Assembly (NCBI GenBank): GCA_045637205.1
Contig: JAZTYY010000070.1
Coordinates: 1-58,754, forward strand
Length of the DNA: 58,754 bases
Reading direction: 5' to 3'
DNA from: Eubacteriales bacterium
Lineage (GTDB): Bacteria > Bacillota > Clostridia > Oscillospirales > CAG-272
The translations under genes and the position numbers were made by a program. The notes under the pieces are model-generated. The model was not told the origin of the DNA. It worked only from the letters and a program-made list of their open reading frames with translations, and did not search any database. Shown piece by piece: positions 1 through 7,880 of this stretch (the stretch's first letter is position 1; every line of letters starts with the position of its first letter).

Positions 1-301
1 GATTTGTTATGATTTTAGTAGGTTTGTTTTCTTCTTCGGTTATAGTTGAAGATAGATGCGTTTTATAATCAAAATTTTCTTTTGTATCCATTGTTTGTTC
101 TTTTGAAATTTTTGAATTCCAAATTGGTAAAATGATACTGAAAATCGAAGAAACTAACCAGCACAAAACCAAAACATCAGATATTACAGATATCTCTGGT
201 AATAAACCTATAGTAAAAAATAGTACAATTGTAGAAATCCACAAACCAATAATTATATTCTTTCTCCGTTGTGGTTCGAGATGTTTAAACCAGTTTTTCA
301 T
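1..301 (-). CDS. hypothetical small membrane protein; only the N-terminal ~100 codons are inside the window
   Basis: The frame is open from the ATG at 299-301 (minus strand) to the window edge. A GGAGGG Shine-Dalgarno lies about 5 nt upstream. There are two hydrophobic helices (IIIGLWISTIVLFFTIGLL and VLVLCWLVSSIFSIILPIW). It is absent from the ORF track because it runs off the edge. Confidence 0.5.
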   Translation of the reverse strand, partial: MKNWFKHLEPQRRKNIIIGLWISTIVLFFTIGLLPEISVISDVLVLCWLVSSIFSIILPIWNSKISKEQTMDTKENFDYKTHLSSTITEEENKPTKIITN

Positions 302-333
302 ATAAACCCTCCAATATTTAAGATGGTAATATC

Positions 334-362
334 ATTATAGCATAAAATAATACTTTTTTCAA
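334..362 (-). promoter_or_regulatory. sigma-A-type promoter for the 1-301 gene
   Basis: On the minus strand: TTGAAA (357-362), a 17-nt spacer, then TATAAT (334-339) preceded by TGc (extended -10). Confidence 0.4.
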
Positions 363-450
363 CAATAAATATTTAGTGTATTGCTTAGTACAAATCAGTA
401 CAAAATTTCCAAAATCCCACAAATTCACCGCGTACGATTAATCAACACAT

Positions 451-497
451 TAAAAACCAAACACCTGCATAGAACGTAAAGTTTACTATGCAGGTGT
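451..497 (-). terminator. rho-independent terminator-like hairpin (minus-strand orientation)
   Basis: An 11-bp stem (461-471 pairs with 487-497) is followed on the minus strand by TTGGTTTTT. Confidence 0.4.
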
Positions 498-530
498 GTT
501 TTGTAAAATCTCCCTTTACGAGAGATTGAG

Positions 531-547
531 TGGTGGACTCGAGGGGA
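531..547 (-). repeat. 17-nt direct copy of the tmRNA 3' terminus (att-like core)
   Basis: TGGTGGACTCGAGGGGA at 531-547 is identical to 727-743, the genuine ssrA 3' end, in the same orientation. Confidence 0.8.
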
Positions 548-656
548 AGTCGCTCTTGGATTTTGCGAGGGCAGGGAGCAAAAAAGGGAAGTGTATGCCT
601 CGCAAAATCCTTCGGTCACCGTTCAAAAACAACACACTGTGTTGTTTTTTCACTGC

Positions 657-670
657 GTTCGATTCCCCTC
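657..670 (+). repeat. 14-nt inverted copy of the tmRNA T-arm/acceptor segment
   Basis: GTTCGATTCCCCTC on the plus strand is the reverse complement of 737-750. The flanks do not fold as a tRNA because the 5' half of a T-stem is missing. Confidence 0.7.
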
Positions 671-683
671 ATATAATTAGCAT

Positions 684-721
684 GCAAAAACAAAAGAGGC
701 ACACCCAAGTGTACCTCTTTT
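684..721 (-). terminator. rho-independent terminator of ssrA
   Basis: The hairpin pairs 693-704 with 709-720, with one mismatch. It starts a few nt after the tmRNA CCA end and is followed on the minus strand by a T-run. Confidence 0.7.
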
Positions 722-726
722 ATTTT

Positions 727-1119
727 TGGTGGACTCGAGGGGAATCGAACCCCTGTCCGAAAACCTCTTGATATGACCTTCTCCGTGGGCAGTCAGTTTT
801 TATTATTTCCCACTACGCATCGCCAACTGACAGGCAACACGCAGTCCGTAGCACCTTTTTGCTTGATCGGTTCAGGTGCGACCACCGATGCAAGTTCACC
901 ACTACGATGACGCTCAGTCCGCAGTCGTGGTCCTCTGCGGAGGAACGGGTGACCCGCAGGTCACAGCACTGCCAACCGGCGCGCCCGAGGGCGCGTCAAT
1001 TAGGCAGCCATAGCAACAGTATTGTTGTCGTTTAATTTTAAAATTGAGCAGTTATCGGGATTACTCAGCCCGCCACGCTTATCATACCTCAAAATCCCCG
1101 TCGAAACCATTACGAGCCC
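727..1119 (-). ncRNA. ssrA: tmRNA (transfer-messenger RNA)
   Basis: The 5' GGGCTCG pairs with the 3' CGAGTCC-ACCA, including the G3:U alanine identity pair. The T-arm is AGGGG-TTCGATT-CCCCT. An internal tag frame reads AAC GAC AAC AAT ACT GTT GCT ATG GCT GCC TAA (..NDNNTVAMAA stop). The region is a GC-rich structured island in AT-rich DNA. The resume codon was not determined. Confidence 0.93.
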
Positions 1120-1239
1120 GTGTACGATGCTTTATTATACACTATTTTGCAAAAATAATCAAGAGAAATTTGTCAAAAACAAAATTTATATTGCTATTTT
1201 CCTAAAAATATGTTATTATGAACACAGTGAGGTGATTAT

Positions 1240-1473
1240 ATGTTTTTAGATATATTTAAAAAGAAAGCCCCCAAGCCCACTTGGCCCGAAAATGCCAAAT
1301 ATCAGCCACGCGACTTTGTTAGATTTAGACACCGCGGTGAACTTCATTTTGGCTTCGTCCACGAAGCAAGGGAACAGGATGGGGAAGTGATTTACACTCT
1401 TCAAATGGGTGGCGAGTGCCCCACATTTGTTTACAACTATAAAGAAGATCAAATCGTTGGAAAGGTGAATTAA
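1240..1473 (+). CDS. hypothetical 77-aa cytosolic protein
   Basis: A GAGGTGA Shine-Dalgarno precedes the ATG. The stop lies 1 nt before the next start (TAATATG), so the two genes are translationally coupled. I recognised no domain. Confidence 0.6.
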   Translation: MFLDIFKKKAPKPTWPENAKYQPRDFVRFRHRGELHFGFVHEAREQDGEVIYTLQMGGECPTFVYNYKEDQIVGKVN

Positions 1474-1474
1474 T

Positions 1475-3289
1475 ATGAAGAAAATCGTTTTATTGATGCT
1501 TGTTTTTTCCCTTATGTTGTCCGTTGTTGCGTGCTTTAATACCGAAGAAACAACCACAACAACTAAAAAGAGTACAACTACATCAACAACCACATCAACA
1601 ACTGTGACTACAAACGGCACGGGTGAAAATCCCCCAATCGAAGACGTTTTGCCCGATTGTTGTAAATCAGTTGAGGGATTTAACGAGATGATTATCGTCA
1701 CTCTTAAAAATTCTTATTCTTATACTGTTTATTACAAGAAAATAATCGACAGCGAATACACAAAGCTCGATGATGAGCTCATTATCGAGGGTGATGACGA
1801 AACAACTGCCTATATTCTCGGTATTTCTAAAGGCAATTATATGGTTAAGGTTGAATTTGAGGGCAAGACAAGCGAAGATTGTGGCTCTTTCATCGTTAGA
1901 GATATTGACGTTTACGAACAAGACAGAAGTGGATACGCTCACTTCGGTGCAACTGAAGGTGTTGGCGCGTACAACAACGACGGTACTGTGAAAGAGGGAA
2001 CTAAGATTATCTACGTTACCAATGAAAACAAGAATACCGTTACTTGCGTTATCAACGGTGAAACTTACACAGGACTTGTAAATATTCTTCAAGCGCAGTA
2101 CAAATCAGAAACTCCTATGCTTGTTCGTATCATCGGCAAGATTACAACTAACCAATGGAATTACAAAAACGTTGAGCCCCGTTTGTCTGACGGCTCAAAC
2201 GCAACCGACGATTTCTTTGAAAATACCTTTTCAAACGAATACGGAGAAAACCTTGCTAACCTCATCGTCAAGATGAAGGGCAACGGTGGTGGAGCTAAAA
2301 CTTATAACTATAGAACCACTCCCGAAGGACTTACAGAGGTAAGACTTACAAACAGTGGATCAAGTACAACAAGCTACAAGGGAAGTGATTTCCCCAATCT
2401 CAAGGGTAAATCTGTTTATGATGACGATTCATACTACAATATGCTTGAGGTAAAGGGCTCAAAGAACATTACCATTGAGGGCATTGGTACAGATGCAGAG
2501 ATCTTCCAATTCGGTATTGGATTTGAAGAGAGCAGCAGCATTGAAATTAAGAACTTGACATTTACAGGCTACCCTGAGGATGCACTCAATTTCCTTGGTG
2601 GTGATAGAGCCGATCTTGCTCAGCATTCAAGATATTGGGTACATAACTGCACATTTAATCGTGGATATAATGCTTGGGATATCTCAGGTGAGCGCGATAA
2701 GTATGCAGGTGATGGCTCAGTAGACTTTAATAACGTTTCAAATCTCACTCTTGCATATAACGTATTCAATAATAGTAAGAAGAGTATGCTTTTTGGTAGC
2801 TCCGATTCACAAGCATGTATGAATATGACAATGCATCACAATCATTTCTATAAGGTTGAGTCAAGATTGCCCCTTGGTAGAAACGTTAACATTCACTCAT
2901 ATAATAACTACTTTGAGGGATGTGGCAACTGCCACGATTTGAGAAAGAACTCATACATTTTCAGTGAAGCCAACTATTTTAAATCATCAAGCAAGCCATT
3001 CATTCTCTCATCAAGCTATGCTAAATCCTTTGGGGATATATTTGAAGGCTCAGGTACTGTAAGTGCAACTGTTGTTGCAAGCAGAACTGAAAAAATTACT
3101 TGCTCATGCAAGCCGGATGGTTCAACAAATATGGCGCATTTTGATATTAATAGCACACTTTTCTATTACGATAGTGTAAATCAAAGAAGTGACGTTAGCG
3201 TTATGTGTGATGCTAAGGATGTTCCATTTTTCGTTACACTCTATGCAGGCGCGGGTAAATTTGTATCAATAAACTTTGAGTTATTTTAA
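1475..3289 (+). CDS. lipoprotein with a Thr-rich linker and a pectate-lyase (PL1-like, right-handed beta-helix) domain
   Basis: The signal peptide has a lipobox (LSVVAC) and is followed by TTTTTKKSTTTSTTTSTTVTT. The PL1-like signature is WVHNCTF..DGSVDF..NLTLAYNVF..SMLFGSSDS..MTMHHNHF..SRLPLGRNVNIHSYNNYF. Confidence 0.7.
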   Translation: MKKIVLLMLVFSLMLSVVACFNTEETTTTTKKSTTTSTTTSTTVTTNGTGENPPIEDVLPDCCKSVEGFNEMIIVTLKNSYSYTVYYKKIIDSEYTKLDDELIIEGDDETTAYILGISKGNYMVKVEFEGKTSEDCGSFIVRDIDVYEQDRSGYAHFGATEGVGAYNNDGTVKEGTKIIYVTNENKNTVTCVINGETYTGLVNILQAQYKSETPMLVRIIGKITTNQWNYKNVEPRLSDGSNATDDFFENTFSNEYGENLANLIVKMKGNGGGAKTYNYRTTPEGLTEVRLTNSGSSTTSYKGSDFPNLKGKSVYDDDSYYNMLEVKGSKNITIEGIGTDAEIFQFGIGFEESSSIEIKNLTFTGYPEDALNFLGGDRADLAQHSRYWVHNCTFNRGYNAWDISGERDKYAGDGSVDFNNVSNLTLAYNVFNNSKKSMLFGSSDSQACMNMTMHHNHFYKVESRLPLGRNVNIHSYNNYFEGCGNCHDLRKNSYIFSEANYFKSSSKPFILSSSYAKSFGDIFEGSGTVSATVVASRTEKITCSCKPDGSTNMAHFDINSTLFYYDSVNQRSDVSVMCDAKDVPFFVTLYAGAGKFVSINFELF

Positions 3290-3294
3290 TGACA

Positions 3295-3326
3295 AACGGG
3301 AAAATACCTTGTATTTTCCCGTTTTG
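3295..3326 (+). terminator. rho-independent terminator
   Basis: The hairpin AACGGGAAAATA / TATTTTCCCGTT is followed by TTTGT. Confidence 0.7.
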
Positions 3327-3370
3327 TATGATATAATTCAGATATAAATTAAAGAAAGGGATACTAAATA

Positions 3371-4474
3371 ATGAGTAGAAGATTCAGAATGACAACTGCA
3401 CTTGACGTTGATGACGTTTTGCTTGAATGTATACCTTATGCTATAAAATTAGCAAATGAAAAATATAACTTTGATCCGCCACTTACAATTTACGAGGTTG
3501 ACCGTTGGGGAAAGCTTGGAACACGTGCGGACGTAATATTTGAATTCTTTACAGAAGAATTTTTTAGAACCCAGCCCGTAATTCAGGGTGCAAAGGAGTT
3601 TGTTCGCAAGCTTTCGCAAATGACGGAGGTGTTTATTTGCACCTCGGTTTATCCTCAGTTTATGAGCATTCGTGCTGAGGTGATTATGCGCGAATTTCCC
3701 GAGATTCCTCCTGAGAATATCTATATGGGAACAAGAAAAGAGAAACTTAACGTTGACATTCTTTTTGATGACGGTATGCATAATGTTATAAAATCCAATG
3801 CGGCATATCCAATTTTAATGCGCCGTCCTTGGAATCAAAGTGCAACTGGAATGCTTGCCGTTAATAACTATGACGAATTTTTGAAGCTTGTTGAGGTTAT
3901 TAGCACCAGCTATTCAACTGTTAAGGATGACCTGAAAAATCCTTCCGTAGTGGCACTTGTTGGCCCATCAGGCTCAGGTAAGAGTGATATTGCAAAAAAG
4001 CTTCTTGAAAAGGAACCAAGATTTGAAAAGCTTTTGAGCTATACCACCATCGACCCAACAGCAAAAACTGAAAACGATTGGTATAACTATATTGATAAGA
4101 ATGAGTTTTTCAAAATGATTGAAAATAATGAGCTTTTCCAATCTACTATGTATGCAGGTCACGGCTTTGGATCAAAGAGAAGTGATGTGGATGCTCTTAT
4201 TGACGAGGGAAAGACTGTTCTTACAATTATGGATATTTGTGGCGCCATGTCACTCAAAACACATTATAAAGACGTTGTAACCGTTTATGTAAAGCGCGAC
4301 AAGCGTGAGCTTCTTAAGTCAATTCTTGATAAGAATAGCACTAACGAGGATAAGGTTAATCGAATAATTTCAATTGATGATGAACGACGCAATGAGGAAA
4401 TATGTGACCACGTGGTTGAAAATAACGGTGATTACGATGCAATCTCCAATCAAATATTGGAGCTTTTGTTCTAA
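3371..4474 (+). CDS. fusion protein: N-terminal HAD-type 5'(3')-deoxyribonucleotidase-like (NT5C) domain and C-terminal guanylate-kinase-like P-loop domain
   Basis: The N-terminal half has HAD motif I (LDVDDVLL) and ..ILFDDG..RRPWNQ. The C-terminal half has the P-loop GPSGSGKS and a Gmk-like ..SYTTI..ENDWYNYI..F......ELFQS..GHGFGS. The TTR/R arginines of Gmk are replaced. Confidence 0.65.
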   Translation: MSRRFRMTTALDVDDVLLECIPYAIKLANEKYNFDPPLTIYEVDRWGKLGTRADVIFEFFTEEFFRTQPVIQGAKEFVRKLSQMTEVFICTSVYPQFMSIRAEVIMREFPEIPPENIYMGTRKEKLNVDILFDDGMHNVIKSNAAYPILMRRPWNQSATGMLAVNNYDEFLKLVEVISTSYSTVKDDLKNPSVVALVGPSGSGKSDIAKKLLEKEPRFEKLLSYTTIDPTAKTENDWYNYIDKNEFFKMIENNELFQSTMYAGHGFGSKRSDVDALIDEGKTVLTIMDICGAMSLKTHYKDVVTVYVKRDKRELLKSILDKNSTNEDKVNRIISIDDERRNEEICDHVVENNGDYDAISNQILELLF

Positions 4475-4477
4475 AAG

Positions 4478-4507
4478 AAAAATCCTGACTTAAAGTCAGG
4501 ATTTTTT
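4478..4507. terminator. bidirectional terminator between convergent genes
   Basis: The palindrome AAAAATCCTGACTT / AAGTCAGGATTTTTT overlaps the last codons of the PAP2 gene. Confidence 0.7.
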
Positions 4508-5134
4508 ATTTATTAATTTTTGAATTTTAGGTAATACAATGGGTGAGAGCTTTTTCTCAGCGTACCAAACGATAAGAGCAATTATTGCACCAACAATTAC
4601 ACCACAGTAAACGTCAGTTGGGAAGTGAACACCAACGTAAAGGCGGGAAAGTCCCATCAATGCAGCCATAACGAGTGTAGCGTAACCAAGCTTTCTATGT
4701 TGGGTGAGAATTGTAAAGGCAACAGCCATAGATGAAACTGTGTGACCGGAGGGGAATGAGTAGGATGTTGGAGCTTTAACAAGTTCAACAAGCTCGGGAT
4801 AAGTAGCGCAAGGACGAGGTCTTGCAATAAGGTTCTTAAGAATAACGTTATTAATAACAAGCATTACAAGAAGAGCTCCAAGAACCATAATTCCACATTT
4901 TCTTGTTTTCTTTGGAATCAGCAAAAGCAAACCAAGTACAATCCAAATTATACCCTCATCACCAAGTGAGGTGTAAAAAGGAACAACGGCGTCAAGAAAA
5001 GCTGTGCGGTGATCCTTAATAAAGAAAAGAATCTCAAAGTCAAATCTCCAAAGCAACAAGCCATACAAAACAACTGCAACGGCTGTTAAAATCATTTGCA
5101 AATATAAATTGCGTTTTGATTGATTGTCAAGCAT
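4496..5134 (-). CDS. PAP2-family membrane phosphatase (BcrC/undecaprenyl-diphosphatase-like)
   Basis: It carries the PAP2 motifs KNLIARPRP, PSGHT and SRLYVGVHFPTDV, with several TM helices. Confidence 0.8.
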   Translation of the reverse strand: MLDNQSKRNLYLQMILTAVAVVLYGLLLWRFDFEILFFIKDHRTAFLDAVVPFYTSLGDEGIIWIVLGLLLLIPKKTRKCGIMVLGALLVMLVINNVILKNLIARPRPCATYPELVELVKAPTSYSFPSGHTVSSMAVAFTILTQHRKLGYATLVMAALMGLSRLYVGVHFPTDVYCGVIVGAIIALIVWYAEKKLSPIVLPKIQKLINKKS

Positions 5135-5146
5135 ATTAAATCTCCT

Positions 5147-5809
5147 TTATTCAAAAAATTCCAAAAGCTCGTTTGGTGAATTGATTATTTCCTGAGCTCC
5201 TGTCATAAGAAGCTTAGTTTTTGAAACGTATCCCCAAGAAACTGAAAGAACGTCCATTTCGGCATTTTGAGCAGTTAATATATCTATGTCACTATCACCG
5301 ATGATGACACATTCATAATTTGATACACCAAGAGCCTCAGCAATTTCCAATGCAGCATCGGGTGAGGGCTTTGCGGGCTTGCCTTCTATCGTACCGCGTG
5401 TTACTTCACAAATTCCTTCAGGCAAAAGCTGTGATACAAGATTTTTAACGTATAAATCTTGTTTGTTAGAAAGTACGGCAATTTTATAGTATTTAGACAA
5501 TTTTACAATTGCTTCTTCAATACCATCATATAATTCGTTAGTATTCAAATATGTTTTTGCATACATTTCGTTATAAATTGACAATGCTGTATCAACTATT
5601 TCGGGGTTTAAGGCAACCTCTTCCTTGGGCAATGCTTCAGCAATGAGATGCTTGGGACCTTGACCAATATAGCTTCTAATTTCAGCTTGTGTTCTTATAG
5701 GGAAGGAGAGCTTTTCTAAAGTCATATTTACCGCATCTGTTATTGCGGGAATGGTGTCGGCAAGAGTGCCGTCCAGGTCAAAAATCAATGCTTTTATATA
5801 AGATCTCAT
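5147..5809 (-). CDS. HAD-IA hydrolase, phosphoglycolate-phosphatase-like
   Basis: It carries FDLDGTLADT, a ..SNK.. motif and GDSDIDI. I moved the start to Met22 of the track ORF (ATG at 5807-5809), just ahead of the HAD motif. Confidence 0.75.
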   Translation of the reverse strand: MRSYIKALIFDLDGTLADTIPAITDAVNMTLEKLSFPIRTQAEIRSYIGQGPKHLIAEALPKEEVALNPEIVDTALSIYNEMYAKTYLNTNELYDGIEEAIVKLSKYYKIAVLSNKQDLYVKNLVSQLLPEGICEVTRGTIEGKPAKPSPDAALEIAEALGVSNYECVIIGDSDIDILTAQNAEMDVLSVSWGYVSKTKLLMTGAQEIINSPNELLEFFE

Positions 5810-6007
5810 AAAAATCCTTTCAAAAAGTATTTTAAACAATATAATTATACCATATTTTGAAGAATATGTCAAATGTATTTTTTGTCAAATACTACAAAAA
5901 AAATGTTTTAAAAAAACAAAAATTCCGTAAAAATAACTATATATTATTGAGCAAAAAAATGTTATAATATATTGTTAACTTAATTTATTATTTATGGAGG
6001 CATAAAA

Positions 6008-7867
6008 GTGGTAAGAGAAGATTTAAGAAATATAGCGATTATAGCGCACGTTGACCACGGTAAAACAACACTTGTTGACCAGCTTTTGAAGCAAGGTGGT
6101 ATCTACCGTGAGAATCAGGCAACTGAAGAGAGAGTAATGGACTCAAACGACCTTGAACGTGAAAGAGGTATTACAATTCTTGCAAAGAACACTGCCGTTA
6201 TGTATAATGACGTTAAAATAAACATTATTGACACTCCCGGACATGCTGACTTCGGAGGTGAGGTTGAACGTATTCTTAAGATGGTAAACGGTGTAATTTT
6301 GCTTGTTGACGCAGCTGAAGGTCCCATGCCTCAAACTCGATTCGTGTTGCAAAGAGCACTTGAGCTTAATCATAGAGTAATCGTAGTAATCAATAAAATA
6401 GACAAGCCCGATGCACGTATTTCAGAGGTTATTGACGAGGTTCTTGAATTGTTGATTGATCTTGGTGCGAATGATGAGCAGCTTGATTCTCCAATGCTTT
6501 TCTGCTCTGGTAGAGCAGGTACCGCAAGTGAGGATATGGATGCTCCCGGCACTGACTTGAAGCCCCTTTTCAACAAGATTCTTGATTATATTCCTGCCCC
6601 CGAGGGTGATGAAGAAGGCGACCTTCAGTTGCTCATTTCTTCAATTGACTATAATGACTTTGTTGGACGTATTGGTATCGGTCGCGTTGAACGTGGTACA
6701 ATTAAACAGGGTCAGGAGGTTATGATTTCCAACTTCCACTCAAAGGCTGCACCTAAGCGCGCAAAGATCGTTTCTCTTTATCAGATTAACGGTCTTGGCA
6801 GAGTTCAGGTTGAAAAAGCAAAGATTGGTGATATCGTGTGCTTTTCAGGTGCTGAAAATATCACAATTGGTGATACAATCACATCCACAACTTGTATTGA
6901 ACCGCTTGAATTCGTTAAGGTAAGTGAACCCACAATGGAAATGACGTTTGCAGTTAACGATAGCCCCCTTGCAGGTCAGGAAGGTAAGTTCGTTACATCT
7001 CGTCAAATCCGTGATAGACTTTATCGTGAGCTTCTTAAGGACGTATCTCTTCGCGTAAGTGATGGTGATACAACCGATTCATTTAAGGTTGCAGGTAGAG
7101 GTGAAATGCACCTTTCAATACTTATTGAAAATATGAGACGTGAGGGCTTTGAGCTTATGTGCTCCAACCCTAGAGTTCTTTATAAAGAAATTGACGGCAT
7201 AAAATGTGAGCCCATGGAGAGAGTAACTCTTGACGTGCCCACAGATTATGTAGGTTCAGTAATTGAAAAGCTTGGAAGACGTAAAGGTGACCTTATCGAA
7301 ATGACACCCTTTGGAAATAGAATGAGAGTTGAATATTCAATTCCTTCACGTTGTCTTTTCGGTTATCGTTCAGAATTTTTGACAGACACAAGAGGTGAAG
7401 GTCTTATCAACACACTCTTTGATGGATATCAGCCTTATAAGGGTGAGGTTACAATGAGATTTACAGGTTGCCTCATTGCAAGTGAAAACGGTGAAACAAC
7501 AAGATATGGTCTTTATAATACACAGGAAAGAGGACGCCTCTTCGTTGGCCCTCAGACAAAAGTTTATGAAGGTATGATTATTGGTGAAAATCCCAAGAAT
7601 GACGATATTGCGGTTAACCCCTGTAAAGAAAAGCACCTCACTGCAATTCGTTCAACAGGTGCTGATGAAAAGCTTCTTTTGACACCTCCTCAAATCTTTA
7701 GTCTTGAGGAAGCAATTGAGTACATCAATGACGACGAGCTTATCGAGGTAACACCCAAGTCAATTAGACTTCGTAAAAAGATTCTCAATACTGAGCTTCG
7801 TATGAAGGCACAAATGAGAGCAAGACGCGGCATTATTGATATTAAATATAACAAAAAGCACGGCTAA
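6008..7867 (+). CDS. typA: translational GTPase TypA/BipA
   Basis: It begins NIAIIAHVDHGKTTLVD and carries DTPGHADF and NKID. Similarity to BipA runs the full length. The start is GTG after GGAGG. Confidence 0.95.
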   Translation: MVREDLRNIAIIAHVDHGKTTLVDQLLKQGGIYRENQATEERVMDSNDLERERGITILAKNTAVMYNDVKINIIDTPGHADFGGEVERILKMVNGVILLVDAAEGPMPQTRFVLQRALELNHRVIVVINKIDKPDARISEVIDEVLELLIDLGANDEQLDSPMLFCSGRAGTASEDMDAPGTDLKPLFNKILDYIPAPEGDEEGDLQLLISSIDYNDFVGRIGIGRVERGTIKQGQEVMISNFHSKAAPKRAKIVSLYQINGLGRVQVEKAKIGDIVCFSGAENITIGDTITSTTCIEPLEFVKVSEPTMEMTFAVNDSPLAGQEGKFVTSRQIRDRLYRELLKDVSLRVSDGDTTDSFKVAGRGEMHLSILIENMRREGFELMCSNPRVLYKEIDGIKCEPMERVTLDVPTDYVGSVIEKLGRRKGDLIEMTPFGNRMRVEYSIPSRCLFGYRSEFLTDTRGEGLINTLFDGYQPYKGEVTMRFTGCLIASENGETTRYGLYNTQERGRLFVGPQTKVYEGMIIGENPKNDDIAVNPCKEKHLTAIRSTGADEKLLLTPPQIFSLEEAIEYINDDELIEVTPKSIRLRKKILNTELRMKAQMRARRGIIDIKYNKKHG

Positions 7868-7879
7868 GCCGTGCTTTTT
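7853..7879. terminator. bidirectional terminator between typA and addA
   Basis: The hairpin is AAAAAGCACGGC-TAA-GCCGTGCTTTTT, and its loop is the typA stop codon. Confidence 0.75.
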
Positions 7880-7880
7880 G

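Noticed and set aside
425-771. Track ORFs 496-771 (plus strand) and 425-619 (minus strand) in the region downstream of ssrA.
   Set aside because: They run through terminator hairpins, the att-like repeats and the 3' end of the tmRNA gene itself. Neither has a ribosome-binding site. The region is better explained as non-coding scar sequence.
1246-1701. A 151-aa minus-strand ORF overlapping the 77-aa ORF and the lipoprotein signal peptide and Thr linker.
   Set aside because: It is antisense to two well-signalled genes. Its poly-Val stretch is simply the complement of the Thr-codon tract.
727-5900. The idea that the genes on the 5' side of ssrA (lyase-like lipoprotein, nucleotidase-kinase fusion, PAP2, HAD) form a tmRNA-targeted genomic island.
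   Set aside because: Islands integrate at the 3' end of ssrA, which here faces the other way, toward position 1. There is no integrase and no flanking repeat on this side, and I saw no obvious compositional break by eye.
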